A stretch of 64,000 nt of DNA from Eledone cirrhosa (Eukaryota), in assembly GCA_964016885.1 (NCBI GenBank), contig OZ024742.1, forward strand, positions 323,640,001 to 323,704,000, read 5' to 3'. The notes below the pieces were generated by a model, which was given only the letters and a program-made list of their open reading frames with translations, had not been told where the DNA came from and did not search any database. A program made the position numbers and the translations under genes. Shown piece by piece: positions 13,150-26,176 of this stretch; the first letter of the stretch is position 1, and each line of letters starts with the position of its first letter.

Positions 13150-13959
13150 GGCACCATCCACAAGATACTTAACAATTGTATTTAATCAGTTAGTCATAGG
13201 AGAGTGAGAACAAGGGAGGAAGATATCTTCAGATTGGAGACTTAGCCTGATTACTTGCAACAAGGGCCCAGTGATGGTGTTAAACCAAGAGCAAATAGGT
13301 GAAAGCATATTTAACACTTAATGGCCTGTACCACATGAAGCTGCATTAGCAAAATATTCTTGAAAAGTATAAAACAGTAGGATGACTGCATCAAATTAAA
13401 AATTGAAGTCATTAGTTTACTGCAAATCTTTACAATGTTTTGTCAATTAGTAAAGATACTATAAACATTTGAATTAACAAACCTGGTTTTAGATATTTTC
13501 TGCGAAGTTATTATAGGATGTTAACAGTTAATGTTTAGAACATTAAAAACTAATAGGTAAAATAGTATTAGTTGATAATGACCAGTGTTGTTTTATTCTC
13601 ACAAGCATGGAAGACAACTCTGGACATGTTTCTTGTTAGAACTCTTCATCAGAGTGCCGACTAACCATAACTTTTCTGAACTATTGAAATTTACTTGTAA
13701 AGCAAGTCTACAGAAATGTATGTTAGTTAGTATAGAATAAAATTGTGTATGTTGTAACTCCTAGTATCTTTGTAAGAAAGGTGAAACTGGATTTGGTTGA
13801 TGATTTCTGCTGGCTCTGACTGTTTTACATGTATGTTTGTGATTTTGTTAGGCCCGAAGCCTTTTGAATTTGAGAATTTCTGTTTGCTAGTGCCATGACA
13901 AAAAACACTTAGTTTACCCTATAAGGGTGCCATGACAAAATAAAACTCAGTCCACCATT

Positions 13960-14590
13960 GCAAAATTTGGTAATACATACATTTTACAATCAATTGTGAT
14001 GCAAATGATGCCATGAAACAAACATCAGTAAATGTCTTTGCAAGGTTTTTAAATTGATAATGGCCTTCTCAGGTCATGGACTGTGCCGTCAGCACTATTT
14101 TATGTATCTCTTGCAGAGATGGCTTTCGAGGTATCCAGCCCAAATATTTTTCAGTACCCTTTCTTTATCATTCCAAATGCACTGACTATCACTTGCTTTA
14201 AGAGGCCACATTTTCTCAATTTCAATTGTCTGATCTTTATACTTACTGAGCTTTCCAAACTTTTTTGATGTGTTATTTTGATCTGATGGAATGCTCATGT
14301 CAATTAAAAAACATGTTTTCTCTTTATGGTCCTTCACACTTATATCAGGTCTGTGGCCTTGATTGTTCTGTCAGTATTCACAGGGAAACCTCAGAGGATT
14401 GTCATGTTCTTGCCTCATGTTACTGCATCTGGGGGATGTTCGTATCATTTTCCTTCCGTTTTCAGATCATAAAACTTGCACATTACCCAGTGTAAGTATT
14501 GCTCCACTCTATCATGCCTCATTTTATATTCTTCGGGAACTAATACCATGCAGCCTGAAACCAACAGGGAAGTGCTGCTTTTAACCAGTG
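13960..14590 (-). mobile_element. R4/Dong-type non-LTR retrotransposon 3' fragment (restriction-like endonuclease)
   Basis: KDHKEKTCFLIDMSIPSDQN..KLSKYKD..EIEKMW; homologous to 48830-49900. Confidence 0.8.
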
Positions 14591-14899
14591 TGTTGAAAGG
14601 TGGGTGAGAGTAGCAAGCATGGCGTGAATGAATAGTTTAGCTCTGAGTATGCACCTGTAGATTGGGGTAGGACAAAGGGATAAGGCTTAGCGGTCAAGGT
14701 AACCATGGTTTTTTTATGGGCATTCTTCATGTGTGACCCCTATTGGGGAATTTATTTTGTTTGAATTTTTTACATGTTTTCCTTGTTTTGATTAAAAACT
14801 TTTTACATGCCAAAACCCACACTATACCATCCTTAACATTATTTTAATGTGAGCCCTGCATGGCTAACAAAGAAATCATTATTATTATTATTATTACAG

Positions 14900-15037
14900 C
14901 CTGGTTTGGATGAAGTGGTACGGAAATGCCGCAACAAAAATCTCTTCTTCTCTACAGATGTTAACAAAGCCATTTTGGAAGCAGAACTTATTTTCATCTG
15001 TGTGAACACACCTACAAAAAATTACGGACTTGGCAAG
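14900..15037 (+). CDS. UGDH: UGDH coding exon 2
   Basis: [37 protein letters not shown]; AG/GTAAGA; 138 nt, phase 0/0. Confidence 0.96.
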
Positions 15038-15164
15038 GTAAGAAGTGCGTGCGCATGTGTGTGATTGGAAACTGTTTGTAAGCCTGTTGGATGGACTGTA
15101 TCTATAATTCAAAGCACCACCTTTGTCACACAGTGTATCATGTTAAATCTCCCTGAGATGGACA

Positions 15165-15387
15165 TTAACCTTTTAGCATTTACATTACCCTTGCAAGCAG
15201 GGAAAAGCGGACGTATAATGATGATGATGATCACTCTATATTTACTATTGTATTTTCATGGTAAACATTTTATTTTACATAATTAACTCACATAATATCG
15301 AATCTGAGATTTTGATATTATTTCTTTTGAGAACTATAAGATGAGAATTCTGGCCGGATATGGCCAGTTTAAATGCTAAAGGGTTAA
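15165..15387. mobile_element. piggyBac-like MITE
   Basis: TTAA-CCTTTTAGCATTTA ... TAAATGCTAAAGGG-TTAA; related copy in opposite orientation at about 50840-51043. Confidence 0.65.
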
Positions 15388-18279
15388 TGGTATATGTAGA
15401 ACATACATCATCACCATCATCATCCTTCTTCCATCTACGTTTCAATTCTTGTATGAGTTGGACAGGTCTTTTTCAGCACAGCCTCCCTCCACACGGAATG
15501 GTTCTTTGTCATCTCTTCTGTTGGGGGTCATAATTTTGAGATTCACTCTCACCACCTCTGCCCAAGTTTTCTATGGTATCTACTGTAGCGTCCTTCCACT
15601 GGGAGCTCCTGGCACTTCTTCACTCACTGATCACTCTATACGCATCACATAACTATACCAGCACAGTTTTTTTTTCTTGATCACTATATTTGATTTCTCT
15701 TTCAGCTCATCCATACCTTGTCATTCATCACACATCCATGCAACATCACATTTTGCACACAAGCATCATACAGTTGGTCTTTGGTTCATAGAGAGAAAAC
15801 TTTTGTTGTCAACAAAGGCAGTAATTCCTTTTCTGTTTGTCTTCTTACAATCCCACTACACCTCTTGCATACTCAAGTTTTACATTAAGCACATCATACA
15901 GAGTTCTTACCTACTCCTCATCTACATATTGAAGATGGCCACTTGCCTGATGAAATCAGAGTCTACTTACTGAAACTCAATGGAGGTCCATTCCAGTAGA
16001 ATAGATGTAAAATGAGATACATATACAGACCTCTTCAGTTATTGAAAGCACTTCAGTTCTCATAAAACATTTTCCTGATAATGAAGATCAGTTTTACCTG
16101 AGAGTATAGAGTATACAATAGTTTTGTCAGATATGAAATATGCATAGAATAAATTTGTCACATGTACTAAAAAGTGAGTGATTTATGGAGGTAGCTTGGA
16201 AAGTGATTTAGGTCAGGTTTCACCACTTTGTGTTCATTTGGTTTTATAGCTTGATTTATTATCACTGATTTTGTACTCTAAGTTACTGGTTTGTGAAGTA
16301 GTGTTTGGAACAGAACTATAAAGCTTTTTTTTTGTCCTTTGTCCAAATTTAATGAACTTTGTTTCTTGGTGTAATATCATCATCATCATGATATTACACC
16401 AAGAAACAAAGTTCATTAAATATAAATTAATAATTTCATAACAATAAGTAGTTTGATATCTACAGTGCTAAGACATATTGGGGTGGGGTGGAGGCAGAGA
16501 AATTGGCATACTGAAAATGTTTAGGTATTGGAGATATAGAATCAACAAGTTAAAAAAAATATCTTTCTATAATATATGAGATGTTGTTAGGCTGTTGATG
16601 AAGCAGTACCATGTATGTGCTGACAGAAGGCAATTACAGAAGAGTGAAGACATGAGTAGTAGGAGTGGTGAGATCTGATTTCTGAATCCTAGTCCTAATA
16701 GATGAGATGACACAGCATAAAGATGAATGGTGATATGCCTTACTGTAAACATACATAGGAAAATTGATCAGTAAAATGAAAATAATGATAAGGCACATTC
16801 TTATCTGTTTTGATAGCTTAACCAAGCAATACATTAGGCTGTTGGGGCATTAATAAAGATCATCTTCATTGTGTAATTTAAAAGTGATTTCTCATGACCC
16901 AGCACTGTAACTTAACAATCATACAATAACCATGTCTAATATTCAGCCTTTTCACATGCTGAGCTGCATTTTTATCATCAAATGAGGGAGAGCATCCAGC
17001 TGTAGAAACCACATGCCCAGTACATGCTGTAAAGTGGTTGGCTTTAGGAAGGGTATCCAGGCATAGAAACTAAACCAAAACAAAGTGTACAGGCAGGATC
17101 TAGTCATCTGATTGGTCTGGCCTCAGCATGTAACAGCCCATCTAACCCATGCAAGCATGGAAAATAAACGTTATTCGGTGATGGTAACAATGATAATTTA
17201 ATTCTCTACAATCCAGACCAATAAAGAACAGCTTGGGAAACGTTAAGAAAATTAAACTATGAAAACGACCATGTAATTGATTCTATCCAAGGTCAATGAC
17301 AGTAGTTCTTGTGGATTAAATATAATCCAGATAATTCCAATAACCATATGTCTATTTACAATGTGCCTATTATAAGCAATAGTTTGGTTATTTGCTTTGA
17401 CTAAGCTATGGATTAGATAAGTTTAGTGATTTTTAGCTGTTATGGCAAAAACAAACTTAAGAACACACACACACATCCCTCCCACTATCTTTTCCTCTGT
17501 TTCCCCCACCTAGTCTTCTCCTTTGCACACCTTCCTCTACCATAGTCTTCCCCTAGCCAATAATCTTCTCCACATCCATATTCCTGATTCCTTCTTTCGT
17601 GTCCAACCCATGCGAACATAGAAAGATGGATGTATCTCCAGTGTACTGCCAGATGTCGCTCACTCATTCCCCCCTCTCTCTATCCATGATTACTCACATT
17701 AGCCAACACCCCTCTCACTCTAGAAAAAAGAGGAACCACAAAAGAGAACAGATAGTCATTGAGGAGGTTAAGGAAAAAGTGACAAAAGAACTTTGACAAA
17801 CTAATAGATATCTAGTAATAAATCATCACCATCATCGTCATCATCACCGTTTAATGTCAATTTTTCCATGCTGGCATGGGTTAGATGAGTTATCCTGTTG
17901 TAACCGATTTTGGCTTGATTTCTACTACTGGATGCCCTTCCTAGCACCAACCTCATTTACATTGAGTACTAGGTACTTTTTGTCGTCATGCCTACACGAC
18001 CACTTCACAGTGTGGACTGGCCACTTTTTACCGTGTCGGCATCACAACCACTTTACAGTGTGAGCTGGAGGCTTCTCTGGATGTATACTTCAGCTTGTCC
18101 TTATGGGAGTGGGTGGGTGGGGGTGGTTCATACAATATATATGCTTGAGTTTTGGCCTGTGGGAAGTCTGGTCTTCTGTATTACTGTGTAATGCCAGAGA
18201 TAAAATGAAAAAGTGAAAATCATATGGTGCATGTGTTTCTTTTTATTGACAACACTAGCAACATGACCATCTTCAAATA

Positions 18280-18724
18280 CAGTGAAATTCCATTATAACG
18301 AAATTCACGGGGTATAAAAAAAATTTGTAATGAAAAATTTTTTATAATGAGATCGACCGAAACAAGCATTTGCTTTGTTATTACCTTGGCGATTGAAAAA
18401 AGTTTGTTATACTGAAAAATTCGTTATAATTGAATTTACCTGTATAACAATACCAGTTTCAACACATGATTTCACATCAAGAGTCTTGCAAAACAAATAC
18501 ATAAACGTCTTCCATTAGTTTGATTGTTAATTTTCTTAATTTTATTACAGTGAAATTCCGTTATAACGAAATTCATGGTTGTATAAAAAATAATTTGTTG
18601 TAATGGAAAATTCTTTATAACGAAATTGACCTAACACATCGAGTGTATGACTGGGGATTGAAAAAAATTTCATTATACTGAAAAATTTATTATAATGGTA
18701 TGCGTTATAACAGAATTTTACCTG
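18280..18724. mobile_element. Two neighbouring Tc1/mariner (Tigger-like) MITEs (18280-18442, 18548-18724)
   Basis: Each is TA-CAGTGAAATTCC(A/G)TTATAACGAA ... GTTATAA..GAATTT(T)ACCTG-TA. Confidence 0.75.
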
Positions 18725-19153
18725 TATTATTAATCTGTTACGAGCGTATTCTTTCAATGGATTACATTTTTCACACTATCTTACTTTCTTCTTGCCTTTC
18801 TTTTCCATTTTTTTTCTTTCTTTACCTACTTTTTTCAGTATCAAAAGACTATTGTTATAAAAAGCACAATACCTTTTCCTTGTCACATAAAATTCTATGT
18901 GTACCTGTTATGGCTTAAATGCTGTAAGTTGTTGTTTTGGCTTGTGTCAGACGCTGTGAACCCACTGTCATTGTTTTGTTCATTGCCTTTGTTAATTTTC
19001 CTTATTTTATTATATATGTATATATATATTTATCGTTTTCGGTGCGCCTGGCCGACTGAACTCACTCGATATGCAAATTAGGCTGCTCAGCCGTTAATTT
19101 TCATAAGGAAAGTATATACTTTCGGATGTTCAACCATCTGGCAGAAAGGTATA

Positions 19154-19194
19154 CGGTGCTGACGATAGCTAATAAGCTTGAAACTAGTACATTG
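19154..19194 (+). ncRNA. Minimal hammerhead ribozyme motif
   Basis: CGGTG-CTGACGA-T-AGCT/AGCT-T-GAAA-CTAG(palindrome)-TA-CATTG; stem II closing pair is mismatched. Confidence 0.6.
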
Positions 19195-19413
19195 TTCCTC
19201 TGTCAGTGTTGAACAAAAAGGTGACGTGGTTGCCTAAACACTGTACGGCGTAATTCAGGCTGTTTGTTTGTTTACAAACGAACAAACCAAGCATTATAAT
19301 AAATGTTCGGTAAACTGATACGTGCATATATGTATGTGTGCCTGTATACATACTTACATTTAAGTAAGTGCCGTACTAAGAGTGAAAAATGAAATTTTGT
19401 TTCATTCTATTCC

Positions 19414-19459
<46 letters not shown>

Positions 19460-19574
19460 TAAATTAAATTAAGGGTGTCATTCAGAGAGACATGTGCCAT
19501 ATCCACTGTAGAATATGCTCCAAGATTCCAATGAATAGATCCGAGCATTTTATATCAACTAGAAATTGATTGAC

Positions 19575-19610
<36 letters not shown>

Positions 19611-19613
<3 letters not shown>

Positions 19614-19737
19614 GGAACCAGTAAGACCCCGACAGCTGAGCTCAAGCCGTTTCGACGGCTAATTCTGGACTGAATTAGTCCAGAATTAGCCGTCGAAACG
19701 GCTTGAGCTCAGCTGTCGGGGTCTTACTGGTTCCTAT
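19611..19737. repeat. Perfect inverted repeat, 61-bp arms, 5-nt spacer
   Basis: 19611-19671 is the exact reverse complement of 19677-19737. Confidence 0.95.
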
Positions 19738-19834
19738 TACCCACTCTACTACCTCAAGTATTGAGTACTTTGGTGCGTTATGGGTCCACCTGGTTCCTTA
19801 CCACATTTCCTTCGTTATATATATATATATATAT

Positions 19835-20635
19835 ATCATCATCATCATCGTTTAACGTCCATATTCCATGCTTTTTCCAGAGTTTTCCCAGAGTGGTTGT
19901 CTTGCTCGCATAGGACTGTCTGGCAGGTTTTCTACGGCTGGATGCCCTTCCTAACGCCAACCACATTTACAGTGTGGAACTGGGAGGTTTTTACTGTGTT
20001 ACCTACACGGCCACATTACAGCGTGGACTGTGTGTTTTTTTGTCGTGACACCTACACGACCTCATTTGCTTCGGGCTGGATGTTGTGGTACCAACATAAC
20101 TTTACATTGAAAGGGGTGGTGTGGATGGGGTAGTGGGACGGGGGTAGTGGGACGGGGGTGTATTTTGTTAGAGGTGCCTACTGACTGTAGTAGGTTTCAC
20201 TTTGTACTTAGGTAAGGCGGGTCTTCTCTATTACTGTGTAGCGCCAAAGATCTCGGTCCAGTGACATTGTCTTGGAGAGGTGTAAGTGTTTGAGGTCGGA
20301 ATTTATCAAGTCGTCCCAGGTTTTTCTGGGTCTGCCTACTCCGTGGCTACCGTCTATTTTTATTGCCCTGCACTTTGTTATACAGCTGTCGTCTTTCATG
20401 CGCATCACGTGACCATACCAACGTAGTCTTCTCTCGAGTAAACAACATCTGATCCCTCTTATTTCTAATTTTTCCCTTAGTTCGTTTATGCTTTGCCGTT
20501 CACGTATATTACTATTACACATCCAGTGGAGCATGCAAGCTTCGTTCCTCTCCAGTCTGCGTATATCCTCTGCACACAATGCCCAGGTCTCACTGCCATG
20601 CAACATTGCTGTTTGTATGCAGGCATCATACAGCC
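19835..20635 (-). mobile_element. 5'-truncated RTE LINE (C-terminus, 3'UTR, (GAT)n tail)
   Basis: ORF 20208-20606 nearly identical to C-terminus of the 1120-aa ORF; flanked by (TA)n. Confidence 0.93.
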
Positions 20636-20666
20636 TATATGTATATACATGTATATATATATATCA

Positions 20667-21016
20667 TTCATCATTCATTTCATCATTTCACTTTACGTCC
20701 ACTTTTTCCCTGCTTGCAAGGGTGGGACGGGAATTGATTCTGGCTTGATTTCTACAGCTGGATGCCCTTCCTAACACCAACCTCATTTACAGTGAGTGCT
20801 GGGTGCTTTTTTGCCGTGGCGCCTACATGTCCACTTTGCAGTGGAATGATAGGGACCCCAGTCCTTATCGTCTCATTTCTACAGCTGAGTAAACTGGAGC
20901 AATGTGAAATAAAGTGTCTTGCTCAAGGAAACAACACATCACCCGGTCTGAGAATTGAACTCACAACCTTTCGATTGCAAGGCCAATGCTCTAACCACTA
21001 AGCCATATGCCTCCAC
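20667..21016 (-). mobile_element. Full-length tRNA-head SINE with RTE-derived 3' tail
   Basis: GGAGGCATATGGCTTAGTGGTTAGAGC..GAGTTCAATTC head, core, then GGTTGGTGTTAGGAAGGGCATCCAGCTGTAGAAA..GGACGTAAA and GAT/GAAT tail as in the RTE 3'UTR. Confidence 0.85.
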
Positions 21017-21944
21017 ATATATACATGTATATACAATATACAAGTGTATTCATGTATTAAAGTGCTTATATATATATATATCTATCTATATATATATATA
21101 TATATAGATAGATATATATGTATATGTATATATATACACATAGACTAGAGTATGTATGTATGTATATATGTGTGTGTCTATACGTGTGTATATAAAGATA
21201 AGTTGAGTATAAAAATGTATACACATGAACGCGTATGTATGTACATGAATACATGTGTGTATATATATATGTATGCATGTGTATATGTATGTAAGTATGA
21301 ACATGTTACTATGTGAATGTGAGTATATGTATTTTGTAGAGGTGTGCAAATATGTTTGTGTGAGCATGCATGGGTGAAAGGATACATACACTTGAAAGAA
21401 AAATTTAAGTCTGAATGTTAATTAAGTGCAAACACAAAACCAACCACGCATATCTTTACTATCCCTAATCCTTCTATAGATTTAGAAAAATAACCAATAA
21501 TATATTCTATAAAAATGTCAAAACAACAGATGGGAATCTAATTACTCACTGCCACCAAGAATTCTCACTGCTATCGAAAAACCACTCCTTCAACTATTCT
21601 TCTAACAACTTCACCCCTCCCTCCTAATATTCTCTATAAAAACCAAACAGGTCCTCAGTAATATTATTCTGATGAAATGACAGTAAATAATTGTTTCTAC
21701 TTTAGGCACAAGGCCAGCAATTACCCAGTTCATTACTGGTACTTTATTTTGTCGACCCCGTAAGGATGAAAGGCAAAGTCAACCTTGGCGGGATTTGAAC
21801 TCATGTCTGCATAACTAATACTTTGTAGATAGCAGCTGTTTTCAGGTTATGTAACTGTTATAAAAACACGTGTCAATAAATTCCTTTCAACTAAACTGTA
21901 TCCATTCAAATCTTTCTATATATGTATATATATACATACATATG

Positions 21945-21975
<31 letters not shown>

Positions 21976-21989
21976 TTATACATACATAT

Positions 21990-24900
21990 ATCATCATCAT
22001 CATCAACGTTTAACGTCCGTGTTCCACGCTTGCATGGGTTTGGACGGGGGTAGTCCCACTTGAGGCAAGAGTGATTGTCTTGCTCGCATAGGACTGTCTG
22101 GCAGGTTTTCTACAGTTGGATGCCCTTCCTAACACCAACCACATTTACAGTGTGGGTCTGGGAGGTTTTTACCGTGTTGCCTACACGGCCACATTACAGC
22201 GTGGACTGTGTGTTTTTTTGTCGTGACACCTACACGATCTCATTTGTTTCGGCCTCGATGGCGCGGCACCAACATAACTTTACATAGAACGGGGTGGTGT
22301 GGATGGGGTGGGGGTGGTGGTGGTGGGACGGGGTGTATTTTGTTAGAGATGCCTACTGGCTGGAGTAGGTTTTACTATATATTTAGGTAAGGCGGGTCTT
22401 CTCTGTTACTGAGTACCGCCAAAGGTCTCGGTCCAGTGACATTGTCTTGGAGAGGTGTAAGTGTGTGAGGTCGGAGTTTATCAGCTCGTCCCAGGTTTTT
22501 CTAGGTCTGCCTATTCCGTGGCTACCGTCTATCTTTATTGCCCTGCACTTTGTCATACAGCTATCGACTTTCATGCGCATCACGTGTCCATACCAACGTA
22601 GCCTTCTCTCGAGTAAACAACATCTGATCCCTCTTATCTCTAATTTTTTTCTTAGTTCGTTTATGCTTTGCCGTTCACGTATATTACTGTTACACATCCA
22701 GCGGAGCATGCAAGCTTCGTTCCTCTCTAGTCTGCGTATATCCTCTGCACACAATGCCCAGGTCTCACTGCCATGCAACATTGCTGTTCGTATGCAGGCA
22801 TCGTACAACCTGCCTTTCATTTTTAGGGAGAACCCTTTAGCAGCTAATAGTGGTATAAGCTCTCTGAACTTTTTCCAACCAGTTCTGACTCTAGCTACTG
22901 TACTTTCAGAGCACCCTCCCCCACTGCTGATTTTATCGCCCAGGTAACAGAAGCTGTCCACTATTTCTATAGAACCCTCTGCGCAATTGAAAGAGCTAGT
23001 ATTTTGTGGGCACTTGCTGCTACTTATTGCACCAGAACAACGGCCACATGTAAAATCTATGTTCTTAGTTAGCTTACCTGTGATCCCACTACATCTTTTA
23101 TGCACCCATACTTTGCATTTAGGACATAAAATGGAGTTTCTACCTACGCCTTTCCTACACACCGAGCACGACCATTTCCCAGAAGGGACCGCCGCCTTGT
23201 TTTCTTTCCTACAAACTAGAACTTTGGTCTTAGCCAGATTAATTTTAAGTCTTTTGACTCTAGGCCGTGCTTCCATGTTTGGAATTTCTTCTCTAGCTCG
23301 GCCATTGATTCCGCTATGAGTGTCAGGTCGTCTGCGTATAGGAGTTCCCATGGGCAGCCGGTCTTGAACTCCTCTGTTATAGCCTGAAGGGCAATAATAA
23401 ATAGTAGGGGGCTGAGAACAGAGCCCTGATGGACGCCAACTTTTACGCTAAACTCTTCACTATATTCGTTGTTAATTCTAACCTTGCTGACTGTTTCTTT
23501 ATACATGGCTTGTATAGCCCTCACAAGCCATTCGTCAACGCCTAGTTTTCTAAGAGCCCACCAGATAATGGAGCGGGGGACTCTGTCGAAGGCTTTCTCC
23601 AAGTCGACAAAAGCTAAGTAGAGGGGTTTACCTTTAGCTAGGTACTTCTCTTGTAGTTGTCGTACTATGAAAAGAGCGTCTGTGGTACTTTTGCCTGACA
23701 CAAACCCGAACTGCATTTCATCTAGGTCAATTCTCTCTCTGATTAGTTGTGCTATTACTTTTTCCGTGACCTTCATGACCTGGTCGATTAATTTAATGCC
23801 TCTATAGTTACTCCTATCTAGGGCGTCTCCTTTACCCTTATAACAGTTAACGATGATGCTGCTATGCCAGTCCTTCGGAACAACCCCATTCTGTACGACT
23901 TGGTTAACTATGCGGGTGACCATGGTGTGTCCCACCGTGCCAGATGCCTTCAGCATCTCAGCAACTATTTCCGAAGGCCCAGCCGCCTTACCCGTCTTCA
24001 TATCCTTGATTGCCTTACTTATTATACTCCCCTCGACTAACACTGCTGGTCCCTCTATTGGGTCGATATGGGGGAGACTGTCTTTCTCCCATTTATTCTC
24101 CTCATTTAGTAGCCTTTCATAGTGACACTTCCAAGCTACCTTCTTATCAGCGTCGGTGATGGCAAGTGTGCCATCGTCGTTTAGTACACACTTCTCCCCG
24201 ACAATATCACGGTTTTCCTTGACGCATTGCCTAGCAATCCTGAACACCTCACGTTTTTGGTCATCGCGTTGTAGAACATGCTTGAACTTTCTTTCCTCAG
24301 CTTCCCTTCTTGCTAAGTACACTTGTCTCCTAGCTTCCCTCCTGGCCACTTGATAGTCTTCTCTACTTCCCCCATCCCGCCATACTTTCCAAGCCTGCTT
24401 TTTGGCCTTAATTGACCCCTCCACCTTACTGTTCCACCACCATGTTACTCTCCTCCTGCCTACAGGCCTGCTCCAGCCACAGACTTCGTCTGTCGCCAAC
24501 AGCAGGTTTGCTTTCAGAAATTCCCACTGTCCCTCTATATTGTCCGACTCTAAATGTTCTTCCTTACTGTCGAAAGCATCAAGTAATATGCTTTTAAATT
24601 TATTTCTGGCTGTGGGGTCCTTTAGCTTCCATATTTTTCTCCTGAGGATAGTCCTCTTCTGCTGTCGAGTACGTCTCGTCCTGACTATGAGGTCGCTAAT
24701 TATCAGTCTATGTTGGGAGGTGGTGCATTCTTCATGGGGGAGGGATTTAGTGTTTACAACAGACACTCTTTCTTCATGGGGGAGGGATTTAGTGTTTACA
24801 ACAGACACTCTGTCACGTCTTCTGGTAAGGATATAATCTACCTGGCTTGTGTGTTCCCCGGATCTATAGGTGATCAGGTGATTGTCACGTTTTTTGAAGT

Positions 24901-25769
24901 TAGTGTTACAGATAGTTAGGTTATTTGCATCACAGAATTCCAGGATTCTGGAGCCTTCCTCATTTCTAGTACCAAACCCATAGCCTCCATGGATTTCGTC
25001 GTAGCCGTCACAATGTTGTCCAACGTGACCATTTAGGTCGCCTGCAATAATTATATAGTCACTGTCGGATATTTGGGAGGTAGTTAGCATCAGTGTCTCA
25101 TAGAATCTGTCTTTTATAGTGCCGGGCAGTCCGGATTGGGGTGCGTACGCAGATATTACTGTCACCGTAGTTCTATTTAGAACAAGTCTTATTTTAATTA
25201 TTCTGTCGTTCACTCTATTTACGTCTATTATCTTATCTGCCCACTTTTCTGCTACCATGATTCCTACTCCACCCAGCCCATCGTCGTTTCCCACCCAGAA
25301 AAGCTTATAACATCGTTTTTTACCCTCAATGAATCTAGCAGACCCACCCCTCCACCTGGTCTCTTGAATACAACAAACGTCGACCTCCTTACGTTCAAGC
25401 ATTTCTACAACCTCGTTAGCGCGACCCTTTAGGGTACCTACATTTATGGTACCAACTCTGAAGTTTTGGATTGCGTTTGGAGGGGGGGGGGGTTATGTTA
25501 GCCATCCGCGGACGAAACAAAGAGGAGTGCTCGCATTCTCGTCCACGTGGTGAATTTGACTTTAACTTTGGCATTTTCGCTGAGCGTCCAGATTTCTCTC
25601 TCCCTTCCACTCTCCAGGATTCCGCAGTCCATCCATCCATCCATCATATATCGAAGGCAACCGGGCAAGCGATAGTATAGGCCTCTGGCTTATGATTGGT
25701 CCGCGTAATAATAATAATGGTGATGCGTGGGTGTGTGTGTGGGGGGGGGGGGGCTCTGGCTTATGATTG
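21990..25769 (-). mobile_element. RTE LINE copy 1, near full ORF with one frameshift
   Basis: ORFs 23216-25402 and 22383-23351 together equal the intact ORF; 1-bp deletion at about 23251; 42-bp in-frame duplication 24728-24811; (GAT)n tail. Confidence 0.95.
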
Positions 25770-26176
25770 TATATATATATATATATCATCATCATCATCA
25801 TCATCAGCGTTTAACGTCCGTGTTCCACGCTTGCATGGGTTTGGACGGGGGTAGTCCCACTTGAGGCAAGAGTGATTGTCTTGCTCGCATAGGACTGTCT
25901 GGCAGGCTTTCTACAGTTGGATGCCCTTCCTAACACCAACCACATTTACAGTGTGGGTCTGGGAGGTTTTTACCGTGTTGCCTACACGGCCACATTACAG
26001 CGTGGACTGTGTGTTTTTTTGTCGTGACACCTACACGATCTCATTTGTTTCGGCCTCGATGGCGCGGCACCAACATAACTTTACATAGAACGGGGTGGTG
26101 TGGATCGGGTGGGGGTGGTGGGACGGGGTGTATTTGTTAGAGATGCCTACTGGCTGGAGTAGGTTTTACTATATAT

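Noticed and set aside
21066-21391. YI/HT-rich ORFs here and at 35900-36640, 37318-38181
   Set aside because: Translations of (TA)n/(CA)n/GT-rich simple repeats
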